DNA of 64,000 bases from assembly GCA_003649205.1 (NCBI GenBank), contig QMRC01000004.1, positions 1-64,000 of the forward strand, written 5' to 3'. This DNA comes from Thermoprotei archaeon. Lineage in GTDB: Archaea > Thermoproteota > Thermoprotei > Thermoproteales > B15-G16. The notes below the pieces were generated by a model. The model saw nothing but the letters and a program-made list of their open reading frames with translations. It did no database searches and was not told the origin of the DNA. Within the stretch, counting starts at the first letter, position 1. Every line of letters starts with the position of its first letter. Below, one piece after another: positions 9,898 to 20,103 of the stretch. A program made the position numbers and the translations under genes.

Positions 9898-9965
9898 ATA
9901 GTCAACACCTCTGTCTGTAGCTCCTTCTAGTTACTTATAAGGTTGTCGATGCGCATTGTCGAGTA

Positions 9966-10016
9966 TCAGCTAGGGAGGCCTTCAATCACTAATCATCAAG
10001 GGTGTGTAGTCATCAC
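9966..10016 (-). ncRNA. C/D-box guide sRNA candidate
   Basis: GTGATGA box C ... internal TTGA/ATGA and GTGATTGA ... AGGCCTCCCTAG-CTGA box D; 51 nt, intergenic. Confidence 0.6.
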
Positions 10017-10081
10017 CATACCTAACCGTATTGAAGTAGGGATTTAAGTATTCACCTACACTTCCCAGATGAGGTCTCTTC

Positions 10082-10131
10082 GTGATGAGCCTTAGGACAG
10101 CTGATTAGTTGATGAGTTAACCCGTTGCTGA
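10082..10131 (+). ncRNA. C/D-box guide sRNA (probable 23S rRNA targets)
   Basis: GTGATGA-GCCTTAGGACAG-CTGA-TTAG-TTGATGA-GTTAACCCGTTG-CTGA: four boxes with 12-nt guides; TTTAAGTA TATA about 25 nt upstream. Confidence 0.9.
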
Positions 10132-10670
10132 CTAGACTCAATACACCTGGTCTCAACATCTACTAGTGAGAGGATTTCTCCACACTTCGTACACATCAGG
10201 TAACACCTAATAGTTGACTCCGTAAGTAGTTGGTACCTGATCCGTATATGCTCTATGTGGCTTACGTGTGTACTTACTCTATTACCTACCGAGTAAACTA
10301 GCTCACGATATACCTCTGAGCCACGTATTACATACCTTCTACTAGCTTTGCTGGTGTGGGATCCAAGTACTAGAGGGATTATTCTATGGAATATTTCTTC
10401 GTGACAAAACACGACAATTAGCTCACTGTTCTCGAGAATATACGTATTGAATCCAACTACATAGTTTCCAAACAAGGCTATGTTCTGGGGGAGGGGTGAG
10501 AGCAGTATTGGTGGATCACCTAGTTTAGAGAAGCCACAGCTCGGTGATGTCGGTATGGAGAGGTGCTGACACCTTGGGCATGAGGTTACGGCTACGTAAT
10601 CACTTATGAGGAGTATGGTCACTTTTTCGTAACCACAGCAATAACATCTGTACCTACCTTCACTTTCCAC
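10092..10670 (-). CDS. Hypothetical Zn-binding protein
   Basis: CYCC...CPRC and HVSH...CTKC motifs; downstream of the PAPS-reductase-family gene. Confidence 0.6.
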   Translation of the reverse strand: MESEGRYRCYCCGYEKVTILLISDYVAVTSCPRCQHLSIPTSPSCGFSKLGDPPILLSPLPQNIALFGNYVVGFNTYILENSELIVVFCHEEIFHRIIPLVLGSHTSKASRRYVIRGSEVYRELVYSVGNRVSTHVSHIEHIRIRYQLLTESTIRCYLMCTKCGEILSLVDVETRCIESSQQRVNSSTNQLS

Positions 10671-10680
10671 GTGACCTCAC

Positions 10681-12060
10681 CTAACTTGACCTAGATTTGA
10701 AGTACTCCTCAGCAATATCCAATTCCCAGCAACGATATGCTGGACATATGTAGCATCCAATTCTGTAGAAACCCTCGAGGTAGAGGGGGTTCAGTGGTAC
10801 TCCATTCTGAAGTAGATAGAGTTGCACCATAGCCGTTGACCAGAACTTAATTGGAGCTACCTGTACGTAGTTTCCATGTGGTCTAACAGGTGGTCTAAAG
10901 AGTCTAAGCAGTGACTCTGTATCACGATCACCAACAACTATCAGTGGTCTCTCAGCTACCTTCTTGATTGCTCTGTATAGTGCTGCTATCTTGAGCTTAG
11001 TGCACCACCTATTTTCATGTGTAGGCAACTCAAATCCCCTACGTTCCCACTCAACGTCAATACCTGCGTACTCAACCTCATAACTAATTCCCAAGATCTT
11101 AGCAACATCATTAACGTACTTATACACCTCATCTATCTCCACTCCAGTATCCACGAAGATGGGAACCACGTGATCACGTGAAAAGACCTTTAGTGCAAGA
11201 ACTAGAGCAGCTGTACTATCCTTACCACCACTCCACGGAACGATAACTCGATCATAATCGTAACTCTCAGCAACTGACCTCAGTAGGTGTACAGCTATCT
11301 CTTCATGAATTTCCATCTTATCTCTATTAACCTCAATAGTCTTCTCAAACACATGACTAACATCCTCCACCCTATGACAGACCTCAAGAACCCTACTAAC
11401 ATCGACATCAGGTATAATCACTGAACCAACCCTCACAGACCCAACATACACCTCATGTACATCGTGAATTAGCTTCACTATGAGTGGTATAGCTCTAATC
11501 TCCACACCAAGTAACCTACTCCATCTCTCAACATGTCTCTGACCAATAGCGAAGTACATATCGTGAAGCGGGTGAGGCTGTACAGGAACCTTAGTACCAC
11601 GTAAGCACTTACCAAGTACGTAGTGGTCCTCAATCCAGGAAATCCTCAACCTAATCAGTGATAGAGCCTTCATAAAGTACCTAAATATCATACTCGGTCT
11701 ACAGTTCCTAACCTTAGCCCTCGGTAAAGTCACTGAAACCACATTATCGGGTAGAATCTCATCGATACCGCTTAAACCATCCTCCTTACCGAGTAACACC
11801 ACGTAGTACCTCCATGGCTTAACCTCAACCATCTCATGTAGTATCTTACGAGCTTTCTCTAATTCTCGAGTACCATGTAATGTAGCTACCTCAATTCTCC
11901 ACCACTCGTGATACTGCTTAAAGTGAGAATTCAGGGTAGCCAATACAGCATCTCTATCCTTCTTGGATCTAACAACTATAGTCACTACTGGCTCGTACTC
12001 TATGACCACACGACGTAGGTAGCTTGAAGGAACTTTATAAATGTAGTGAAGGTATGTCAA
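10681..12060 (-). CDS. PAPS reductase family (PP-loop) protein with N-terminal extension
   Basis: WSGGKDS PP-loop, FVDTG, RWCTKLK, LNPLYLEGFYRIGCYICP. Confidence 0.85.
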   Translation of the reverse strand: MTYLHYIYKVPSSYLRRVVIEYEPVVTIVVRSKKDRDAVLATLNSHFKQYHEWWRIEVATLHGTRELEKARKILHEMVEVKPWRYYVVLLGKEDGLSGIDEILPDNVVSVTLPRAKVRNCRPSMIFRYFMKALSLIRLRISWIEDHYVLGKCLRGTKVPVQPHPLHDMYFAIGQRHVERWSRLLGVEIRAIPLIVKLIHDVHEVYVGSVRVGSVIIPDVDVSRVLEVCHRVEDVSHVFEKTIEVNRDKMEIHEEIAVHLLRSVAESYDYDRVIVPWSGGKDSTAALVLALKVFSRDHVVPIFVDTGVEIDEVYKYVNDVAKILGISYEVEYAGIDVEWERRGFELPTHENRWCTKLKIAALYRAIKKVAERPLIVVGDRDTESLLRLFRPPVRPHGNYVQVAPIKFWSTAMVQLYLLQNGVPLNPLYLEGFYRIGCYICPAYRCWELDIAEEYFKSRSS

Positions 12061-12080
12061 GTACTACGAGGTGAAGGATC

Positions 12081-12362
12081 TTGAGCAATAGGTGGTTGAG
12101 GTTAATCGATGAAGCTACGAAGCAAGGTAATGAGTACCTCGTTAGGAAGTTCAGGGAGAAGCTGATAGCCAGCATTGCGTACGCTATACAGCAAGCTGCA
12201 GCAGAGCTGGATAAGCATAGACTCCAGCACTTACTCAATAAGGCTAAGGAGCTAAGAAGTAAGTTTGGTCTTACTGAGCTAGATCTCTACATTGAGTTAG
12301 GTGAGAAGGAGCTCAAGAGGATTACTGAATTGAGAAAGAAACAGGGTAGCGGTTTAAGTTGA
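12081..12362 (+). CDS. Hypothetical helical protein
   Basis: 93-aa ORF abutting the wecC-like gene; GAGGTGA SD upstream. Confidence 0.6.
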   Translation: MSNRWLRLIDEATKQGNEYLVRKFREKLIASIAYAIQQAAAELDKHRLQHLLNKAKELRSKFGLTELDLYIELGEKELKRITELRKKQGSGLS

Positions 12363-12363
12363 G

Positions 12364-13770
12364 GTGGCTTCATTGCTCATATACCTCAGTGAGGATGAGG
12401 TGAAGAGGAGATTACGTAGTGGTGAGCTAACTGTTGCTATCTACGGTATGGGTTACGTAGGCGTCCCTCTAGCATGTGCTTGGTTGAGAGCTGGTGCTAA
12501 GGTCATTGGCGTTGATGTAGATGAGGAGAAGGTTAGGTTGTTAAATGAGGGTCGATCTCCGGTTCCTGAACCTGGAGTAAGTGAGGTAATTAAGCACTAC
12601 CTATCGATTGGTAAGTTCAGAGCAACAACTAATGGTGTTGAAGCATCGAAACTAAGTGATGTGAAGATAGTTACGGTTCCCGTATCGCTTAGAGGTGAAG
12701 GTGGTGAGAAAGCACCTGATTTTACTAACTTGATAGCAGCTATTCGTGATATCGCTAAGGGTCTTAAGCGTGGTGACTTAGTCATAATTGAGTCCAGCGT
12801 CCCACCTGGAACTACCTTAGAAGTCGTTAAGCCTATACTTGAGGAAGTTAGTGGTCTTAGAGCCGAGGAGGACTTCGGCTTAGTATACAGTCCTGAGAGA
12901 GTAGCAGAGGGTAGGGTACTGTATGATATTGAGGAGGCTTATCCCAAGATCATTGGTGGTGTAGGTACCAAGAGCACGAGAACTGCAAAAGCACTCTACG
13001 AGGTCATAGCTAGGAAGGGAGTTATCGTAGTGTCATCACCTACAACTGCTGAGTTTGAGAAGCTAGCAGAGGGTGTGTATAGGGACGTAAACATAGCACT
13101 TGCAAATGAGTTAGCGACATTAGCTAGAGCACTTGGAGTAGATTTCCACGAGGTACGTGTAGCAGCAAATAGTCAACCCTACTGTCACCTACATACTCCT
13201 GGTACTGGTGTGGGAGGAATGTGTATTCCTGTGTATCCGTACTTCATGATGTGGGTAGCTAGGAAGCTAGGTATTGAGTTGAAATTGACGAAATTAGCTA
13301 GAGAAATCAATGAACTAGCTCCAAAGACTGTCATAGACCTAGCTGTGGAGCTATGTAAGTTGGCTGGTTTATCCATTGAGAGGTGTAAAGTAGCTATTTT
13401 AGGTCTAGCATTTAGAGGTGACATTGCTGATTCAAGAGCTAGCCCCACATATGACCTAATCAAGTACCTCAGAAGATTCAACGTTAGAGAGGTAGTAGTT
13501 CACGATCCCTTGATAACGTTCGATAAGGAGCTAGATAGGTTAGGAGTACCACTAGTGAGCGACATCTCAGCAGCTGTGAAGGGCGCTCAAGTAATCATTG
13601 TCTCAACAGATCACACAACATATAGGAGAATTTCCCTAAAGTGGCTCTTGGACATGTGCAGTGTTGAACCACTTGTCGTTGTCGATGGTAGAGATGTCCT
13701 AGATATAGCTACGGTACCGAGTGGGAAGGTGTACTACGTTGGTATCGGTCGTGGGTTCAAGATTAGGTAG
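12364..13770 (+). CDS. UDP-N-acetyl-D-mannosamine / nucleotide-sugar dehydrogenase (WecC family)
   Basis: GMGYVG Rossmann motif, ESSVPPGTT, SPERV, PGTGVGGMC catalytic Cys, DSRASP. Confidence 0.9.
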   Translation: MASLLIYLSEDEVKRRLRSGELTVAIYGMGYVGVPLACAWLRAGAKVIGVDVDEEKVRLLNEGRSPVPEPGVSEVIKHYLSIGKFRATTNGVEASKLSDVKIVTVPVSLRGEGGEKAPDFTNLIAAIRDIAKGLKRGDLVIIESSVPPGTTLEVVKPILEEVSGLRAEEDFGLVYSPERVAEGRVLYDIEEAYPKIIGGVGTKSTRTAKALYEVIARKGVIVVSSPTTAEFEKLAEGVYRDVNIALANELATLARALGVDFHEVRVAANSQPYCHLHTPGTGVGGMCIPVYPYFMMWVARKLGIELKLTKLAREINELAPKTVIDLAVELCKLAGLSIERCKVAILGLAFRGDIADSRASPTYDLIKYLRRFNVREVVVHDPLITFDKELDRLGVPLVSDISAAVKGAQVIIVSTDHTTYRRISLKWLLDMCSVEPLVVVDGRDVLDIATVPSGKVYYVGIGRGFKIR

Positions 13771-13866
13771 TTGACTTGTCGCTGTACTGGATGAACGAGT
13801 AAAGTTTATCTACTTAAATACCTCCACAGCTATAGACCTAGGTACGGCAGTTTGGGGTAGATCTGT

Positions 13867-15021
13867 ATGTCAACCCCACTGGAAGTCTTGAAACCACTGT
13901 CTGTAGGTCAGGAAAGACTACTGAACGTACTGATGGATAAGGAGTACGAGATAGTTGGTGTATTTGGTCCTACAGGTACAGGTAAGAGCTTGTTCTGTTG
14001 TGCATATGGCATTCACTGTGTGCTCAAGGGTGAGTACAAGAGGTTCATCATAGCTAGACCTGTTGTGGATGTGGTTACAGGTAAGGAGATAACAACATCT
14101 GAACTAGGTGAATTGTACTACAGGATAGCATCTACCTACCTGGAGGACATTTTCTCAGGTATCATGCCACTAGAGGATCTCCAGAAGTTGATTAAGGAGG
14201 AAAAGGTCATAATAGCTGACATACACTACCTAAGAGGTAGAACATTCGATGACTCCATAGTGTTCCTAGATGATGCACAGGCAGTACCACCAGAGAGTGC
14301 TGCTGAGATCCTCATGAGAATTGGTAGGAATGCAAGGCTCCTCATAGCAGGTGATCCAGTATTTCAGAAACCTGTTGAGTTGGAGAAAGATGGAGCAACA
14401 TTACTGAGAGAAATTTTACTTGGTGAGGAGAAGGCAGCTGTAGTAGATCTCGGTCTCAAGGACATAGTTAGACCTGGTGCTAAGAGGGGTATCAAGATAA
14501 CTCTAGAAATGAGAATGAGGAAGAGACCACTCTCAGAATCTGAAGCAAAGATAATGGAGTCCATCAGAATTCATGCACCAGATGCAGATGTAGTCACTGT
14601 CATAGAGTTTAAGAAGGAAAAGGAGCAGTTTGGAATTCCCGATGAGACAACACCAGATGCGCTAGCCATAGCTAAGGAGGGCTACCTCGGTAGGTTAGTG
14701 GGTAGAGGCGGTGAGAGAATCAGGAATGTTGAGAGCGAAACAGGTTTCAGAATTAGATGCGTTGAGTTAACTCTCGACTTAAAGAGGCTAATCACAGCAA
14801 TACACCCAGTATCGTGGATAGGTAAGCACATTAAGGACGTAGACTTTGCAGGTCCTGAACTACTAGTAACCGTTAAGAGAGCAGAATTTGGCGCATTTGT
14901 AGGTCAGAGGGGAAGCTACATAAGGTTCGTGGATAGAGTAATTCGTAGACTAATCAATGTAGGAGTTAAAGCTATGGAAGCTGAGGAGGAAGAGGAAGAG
15001 AGTAGGAGGAAGAGGAGGTAA
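13867..15021 (+). CDS. PhoH-like ATPase with C-terminal KH domains
   Basis: GPTGTGKS, YLRGRTF, DDAQA, AGDP; KH GxxG motifs GRLVGRGG and GAFVGQRG. Confidence 0.9.
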   Translation: MSTPLEVLKPLSVGQERLLNVLMDKEYEIVGVFGPTGTGKSLFCCAYGIHCVLKGEYKRFIIARPVVDVVTGKEITTSELGELYYRIASTYLEDIFSGIMPLEDLQKLIKEEKVIIADIHYLRGRTFDDSIVFLDDAQAVPPESAAEILMRIGRNARLLIAGDPVFQKPVELEKDGATLLREILLGEEKAAVVDLGLKDIVRPGAKRGIKITLEMRMRKRPLSESEAKIMESIRIHAPDADVVTVIEFKKEKEQFGIPDETTPDALAIAKEGYLGRLVGRGGERIRNVESETGFRIRCVELTLDLKRLITAIHPVSWIGKHIKDVDFAGPELLVTVKRAEFGAFVGQRGSYIRFVDRVIRRLINVGVKAMEAEEEEEESRRKRR

Positions 15022-15030
15022 GTCAAGGAC

Positions 15031-15573
15031 TTGAGTAGAGATCTACCAAACCTCATTCTCCAATCACTAATCTTTATCCTACCTGCCTATACAGCAAATG
15101 CTACCCCAGTCATCACATCTAAACTCCTACGAACATCAACACCTATAGACCTCAGAAAGAATTTCATAGATGGTCGTAGGATATTTGGAGAGGGAAAAAC
15201 AATTGAAGGATTTCTCTCAGGTCTCATAGTAGGTACACTAGTGGGTATAGCAGTAAGCGCAACACCGCTAAACACTATACTCCCTCAATCACTAAAACTA
15301 ACCCCACTCAAGAGCTTCGTACTCTCACTAGGTGCACTCCTAGGTGATCTCCTAGGTTCATTCATCAAGAGAAGACTAGGTATACCACGAGGAGCACCAG
15401 CACCATTACTTGACCAACTAGACTTCCTCCTAGTAGCACTCCTCCTCTACGTACTGATCTTCGGCACAATAGACTTATCATACATAGCAGTACTAGTACC
15501 ACTAACAGTAGTTCTCCACATAGCTACAAACTACATAGCGTACAAGCTAAGACTAAAGCCCGTACCCCTATAG
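15031..15573 (+). CDS. carS: CDP-archaeol synthase
   Basis: PAYTANATP, DGRRIFGEGKT, GDLLGSFIKRRLG, LLDQLDF. Confidence 0.93.
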   Translation: MSRDLPNLILQSLIFILPAYTANATPVITSKLLRTSTPIDLRKNFIDGRRIFGEGKTIEGFLSGLIVGTLVGIAVSATPLNTILPQSLKLTPLKSFVLSLGALLGDLLGSFIKRRLGIPRGAPAPLLDQLDFLLVALLLYVLIFGTIDLSYIAVLVPLTVVLHIATNYIAYKLRLKPVPL

Positions 15574-15642
15574 TGGTTACAGAGCATAAACCTCGCAATT
15601 CCCCACGTAGATACCACACTTCAAGTCTCGAGAGGAGTAGAC

Positions 15643-16455
15643 ATGATACACGTACTAGAGCTTGAGCTAAGGTTCTTCACATCATCAGTCATAGAGTACT
15701 TTACCGGACTCTTCACACTAAAACTACTTCTCAAGCTAATAGCACTTAGAGATCACGATCTAGCGAGAAAACTACACAACATGAAGAGGGTAAAGCCATA
15801 CTCCTGTACAGCCCTAATGCTTGGAAACAAAGTACTGAGTAATAGAGTCACAAAACTACTACCCAACATAACCTATAGAGTAAGGTACGTACTTGTACTC
15901 GACGAAGTATTCAGGACATTAATTACATCGATATCCACACACATAGGTGAGAAACTAACTGTAGAAAACGTAGACCTAACTATTACAAACGTGAGATACA
16001 CAGCTATTTCACACATTGACTTACCATCGAGACCAAGCCCAAAGATAACAATAGAGTTCCTCACACCAACACGATTCGTGGTCAAGAGAACAGTTAAGAA
16101 GAGAAAACCAAAGTATAGGCTCTTCCCACTTCCAGAAACAATAGTGCACAACATACTTCATCACTGGAATGAATATGCGCCACCAGACGTGAAGTTAGAT
16201 GAGAAACCAGTACTTGAGTGGGTACTCAATAACGTATACGAAACGCAATACCACCTAAAAAGAGCAACCTCAACACTAACCCGTGGTAGGTTATTGATTG
16301 GTTTCGTTGGTTGGTGTACCTACACAGTCGAAGATCTTGAGAGTCACTGGTCGAGAATCTTCATGAGGTTACTCAGGTATGGGGAGTTAGTCAATGTGGG
16401 TAATTCCAAGAGTATGGGCTTAGGTATGGTACGTATACTAACTACCGAATCCTAA
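15643..16455 (+). CDS. cas6: CRISPR-associated endoribonuclease Cas6 (no other cas genes in window)
   Basis: [21 protein letters not shown]-terminal glycine loop GNSKSMGLG. Confidence 0.85.
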   Translation: MIHVLELELRFFTSSVIEYFTGLFTLKLLLKLIALRDHDLARKLHNMKRVKPYSCTALMLGNKVLSNRVTKLLPNITYRVRYVLVLDEVFRTLITSISTHIGEKLTVENVDLTITNVRYTAISHIDLPSRPSPKITIEFLTPTRFVVKRTVKKRKPKYRLFPLPETIVHNILHHWNEYAPPDVKLDEKPVLEWVLNNVYETQYHLKRATSTLTRGRLLIGFVGWCTYTVEDLESHWSRIFMRLLRYGELVNVGNSKSMGLGMVRILTTES

Positions 16456-16630
16456 CCTTGTTGACTTTCTTATTCTGCCAGCTATATCTCCTCATCCTAG
16501 AGCTTCTACCGAAACCACAGGCAGCACAGTACTTCTTCCTAATGTGGTATGCGTGTCTACCACATCGTCTACAGCGTATATGTGTCTTTCCTTTACTCAT
16601 CTTACCGAAGGAGGTCGTACCCTTGACCAT
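16442..16630 (-). CDS. rpl37e: Ribosomal protein L37e
   Basis: KGTTSFGK...HIRCRRCGR...CAACGFG. Confidence 0.97.
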   Translation of the reverse strand: MVKGTTSFGKMSKGKTHIRCRRCGRHAYHIRKKYCAACGFGRSSRMRRYSWQNKKVNKVRIR

Positions 16631-16640
16631 GATTCACACC

Positions 16641-16871
16641 TCAGGTAACAGGACTTATCAACATTACATTATCTCCCCTTATAACTATTGTTCCTAGCTT
16701 TCTAATCTGATTGTTTGGTCTAATTTCCTCAGCCTGTTCTAGGACTAGGTTTAGGTGCTGATCAAAGCTACGTAGTATACCCCTTACCTCTCTACCACCT
16801 TTGAGTTTCACTAGGACTGTTGTTCCAATACTCTTTGCTAGTTCTTCAGTCATAGAGGGCATTACAGACAC
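16641..16871 (-). CDS. Sm/Lsm protein (SmAP1-type)
   Basis: Sm1 [14 protein letters not shown], Sm2 IRGDNV; canonical position upstream of rpl37e. Confidence 0.95.
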   Translation of the reverse strand: MSVMPSMTEELAKSIGTTVLVKLKGGREVRGILRSFDQHLNLVLEQAEEIRPNNQIRKLGTIVIRGDNVMLISPVT

Positions 16872-16908
16872 ACTCCGGTCTTAAGTTAATCACGAGTTAT
16901 TATAAGCT

Positions 16909-18828
16909 TTATCTCAACCTCATTGCATCCAAGTTCGCTAATACAGCTGTCTTAATTCTAAACAACCTCTCAATAGCTATTGAGAGGTCAAAGATCTTAC
17001 TTCTCTCCCCATGGCACAGCACTATTCTCTCAGGTTTAGGCTCGATGTTCTTAACGTAGGCTAGTAACTGTGACCTATCGCTATGTCCTGAAAATCCATC
17101 AACCTTATGCACCTCCATCCTAACCTTGATTACCTCTAACTTACCTTCAGGACTCATCATGTGAACTTCCCTAAGACCATCGAGAATTCTCCTACCAAGA
17201 GTACCCTCAATCTGGTAGCTAACGAAGATAATGCTATTCCTCGGATCATCTGCGAGATACCTGAAGTACTCCATAACAGGACCACCGGTTAGCATTCCGG
17301 AGGTAGCCATGATGATACAGGGTTCCTTCTGCTGAGCTATCTCAATTCTCTGACTAGGGGAAGTCACTGCTGTGAAGTACTCAGAGACGAAGGGATTCTC
17401 ATCTCTGTAAATCTTCTTCTGCAACTCCTTACTGAGGTACTCCGGAAAAGCTGTATGTATTGCAGTTGCCTCTATGAGTAAACCCTCGATGAATACAGGT
17501 ACTGCAGGCAGCTTACCACTCTTCATAGCTTCATCGAGAACCACCATTATTTCCTGAGCTCTACCAACACTGAGGACAGGTATGAGCACCTTACCACCAC
17601 GTTCAAGGGTCCTCCTAACGATGTCGATAAATGTACGCTCAGTCTCCTCTCTAGATGGCATCTTATCCTCTCTACCACCGTACGTACTCTCCATTATGAG
17701 AACCTCAACTCTTGGAAATTGATAAGCAGCCTTATCTAGCAACCTTGTTTTACCGAACTTGAAGTCACTGGTGTACACTATGTTGCATAGGCCATTACCT
17801 ATGTGTAGGTGGGCTATAGCTGATCCAAGTATGTGCCCAGCTGGATACAGCGTCAACTTAACGTCAGGTGCTACATCAGTTACCTCACCATACTCAAGAG
17901 GTATCACGTGAGCTAGTGCATCCTGTACATCCCTCTTACTGTATATCGGTACCTTACCCTCCTTCTCAGCAACCTCAACGTAGTCATTTAGTGCGAGTGC
18001 CATGAGGTAGAGAGTTGGTTGTGTACAGTAGACCGGTCCCTGATAACCATACTTGAAGAGGTACGGTAGAAAACCACAGTGATCTAGATGTGCATGCGTT
18101 ATGACTATTGCATCTATTTTATCTAGATCGAACTCCTCAACATCTATGTACGGGTACTCCTCAGTATATCCAGGCTTTATACCACAGTCGAGGAGTATGT
18201 TACTCTCCTTCGTCTGAACAAGTATCATACTCCTACCAACTTCTTGAAAACCGCCAAGAGCAACAATCCTAACACGGTAATCCCTAAGCAACACTAGATC
18301 CCTATGAATTCTGTGCCCCAACCTCATCAACATGTCCTTCCTCTCATCAGCTCTAGAGTAGAGGAGTTCCCTAACCTGTCTCACGATCTTAGACTCAAAA
18401 GCAGCAGCTCTCAATACCTTCGGTCTCCAATTAGTTATCGAAGCAATTTGCTTCAGAATCTGTCCGCCCTTACCTATAACAGCACCGACTTTGAGGGCTT
18501 CAATAATGACCTCACCGGTGGTCTTATCAAAGAACATGTTAACAATACCTGCATCTGAAGGAACTAGCTCCCTAATGATCTTCTCGGCTTCCTTCTCACT
18601 CATTCTAAACCTTGGATCAGCTCTAACGACCAACCTCTTCTTGAAGTCCTTAGCTAACTTCCTAATAACCTCGTCATTCTCCATGAAGTAAGCTAGCTTT
18701 GTTGTGTAGATAGCTATGACAGGCCCCTCAAATTCAATACTAGTAACCTTGACATCGCTGGGTAGTGAATCAATTAAAGACTTATACAGCTGCTTAACTA
18801 ATTCTTGCTTGCTAATCACAGTATTCAC
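16909..18828 (-). CDS. fttA: aCPSF1 / FttA beta-CASP ribonuclease (transcription termination factor)
   Basis: N-terminal KH domains, HAHLDH, AGHILG, MESTYG, FSGHSD. Confidence 0.95.
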   Translation of the reverse strand: MNTVISKQELVKQLYKSLIDSLPSDVKVTSIEFEGPVIAIYTTKLAYFMENDEVIRKLAKDFKKRLVVRADPRFRMSEKEAEKIIRELVPSDAGIVNMFFDKTTGEVIIEALKVGAVIGKGGQILKQIASITNWRPKVLRAAAFESKIVRQVRELLYSRADERKDMLMRLGHRIHRDLVLLRDYRVRIVALGGFQEVGRSMILVQTKESNILLDCGIKPGYTEEYPYIDVEEFDLDKIDAIVITHAHLDHCGFLPYLFKYGYQGPVYCTQPTLYLMALALNDYVEVAEKEGKVPIYSKRDVQDALAHVIPLEYGEVTDVAPDVKLTLYPAGHILGSAIAHLHIGNGLCNIVYTSDFKFGKTRLLDKAAYQFPRVEVLIMESTYGGREDKMPSREETERTFIDIVRRTLERGGKVLIPVLSVGRAQEIMVVLDEAMKSGKLPAVPVFIEGLLIEATAIHTAFPEYLSKELQKKIYRDENPFVSEYFTAVTSPSQRIEIAQQKEPCIIMATSGMLTGGPVMEYFRYLADDPRNSIIFVSYQIEGTLGRRILDGLREVHMMSPEGKLEVIKVRMEVHKVDGFSGHSDRSQLLAYVKNIEPKPERIVLCHGERSKIFDLSIAIERLFRIKTAVLANLDAMRLR

Positions 18829-18917
18829 CTAGGAGTAGCTAAGCCTGTACTAGGAAGTAGCTCAAGGAATTCACGTAGTCGAGAAATTAAAACCTTTCAT
18901 CTAGATTCAGGTACACC

Positions 18918-19613
18918 CTACCTACTCCTCTTTATTTTCCTAATGAACCCTTCAGTTTCAGAGTCACTCAACTCGACATACCCCTTATCGTAGCTTATGT
19001 AGGCAACATCAACACCCTCACCACTACCTGGATCCCTCCTCATAGCTGAGTACACAGCTCTAATAGCTAACTCAATAGCTTCCTTAATACTCATATCAGG
19101 ACTATACTGATCCTCAAGAACACCAAGTGCGGTTGGCGAGCCAGAGCCAGTAGCTATGTAGTCTCTCTCCTCAGTTACAGTACCAAACCAATCAACAGTG
19201 TAGATCTGTGGCCCTATGTCATCTATACCAGCAATTATTATGTGACTGAGCAGTATGGATGGTCTAGCTGAGAACAGTAATAAAGAGGCGAGAGATGCAA
19301 GAGACTTAATTCTTATTGGTCTTCTATTCACTAGCCTATAGTACTTAGACTCAGCTGTTAACCTATCAAGTATCTTCTGTGTATCAGCTACAGCACCAGA
19401 CATGGTAGCTGCTGCGTGGTCATCTATCTTCCAAATCTTCTTACCTTTCTTATGAGCTATGTAGAAACCACTGGTAACCCTTCTATCAGTAGCAAGGACA
19501 ACACCTTCCTTACACTTGATACCCACTGTTGTAGTTCCAGTCTTCAGAATCCTATCTAGATCACGAACACGAATCAAGTTCAGCACCCAAGATGTGTGAG
19601 ACATGTTAACCAC
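18918..19613 (-). CDS. psmB: Proteasome beta subunit
   Basis: Propeptide then TG|TTTVG, DRRVT, GSGS, RDPGSG. Confidence 0.95.
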   Translation of the reverse strand: MVNMSHTSWVLNLIRVRDLDRILKTGTTTVGIKCKEGVVLATDRRVTSGFYIAHKKGKKIWKIDDHAAATMSGAVADTQKILDRLTAESKYYRLVNRRPIRIKSLASLASLLLFSARPSILLSHIIIAGIDDIGPQIYTVDWFGTVTEERDYIATGSGSPTALGVLEDQYSPDMSIKEAIELAIRAVYSAMRRDPGSGEGVDVAYISYDKGYVELSDSETEGFIRKIKRSR

Positions 19614-19641
19614 TTAAAAGTGTATTGGAGTTATCTACAGC

Positions 19642-20103
19642 GTGAGAGTTAGGAGATTAATTACGCTTATCTCTGAAGAAGTTGCCGTAGAGGGGTACAG
19701 ATTTAGGTTAACAGGTACAGTACCAAGTGAGTGCAGGAGCTGTAAGCTGTATAGAGTGTGTATCGGTAATCTGAAGCTAGGGATTGAGTACATGGTAGTT
19801 GCTGTCAGGAGAGTAAAGCACTACTGCCCACTACTAGGTAGCTACGTTAGAGTTGTTGAAGTTGAACCACAACCAATTGAGTTAGCTGTTGAAGATAGTA
19901 TGGCAGTTCAAGACATTGTCTTTACCTACAGAGCGAAGGGGTGTAGAGATAGTTCATGCCCTGCGTACAGATTGTGTAACAATAGATTGATTGAAGGTAC
20001 GAAGTTGAAGATAATTTCTGTGAGTAGTGAGAAATTTAGCTGTAGATACTACGGTCTAGTGAGGAAAGTCCTTTGCATACCAGTTGATTACCTACTCAGC
20101 TAA
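19642..20103 (+). CDS. UPF0179 family protein
   Basis: ITLI...CRSCKLYRVC...HYCP Cys pattern typical of this archaeal family. Confidence 0.75.
   Translation: MRVRRLITLISEEVAVEGYRFRLTGTVPSECRSCKLYRVCIGNLKLGIEYMVVAVRRVKHYCPLLGSYVRVVEVEPQPIELAVEDSMAVQDIVFTYRAKGCRDSSCPAYRLCNNRLIEGTKLKIISVSSEKFSCRYYGLVRKVLCIPVDYLLS

Noticed and set aside
15575-16460. CRISPR array near cas6
   Set aside because: No regularly spaced 24-40 bp repeats seen here or anywhere in the window
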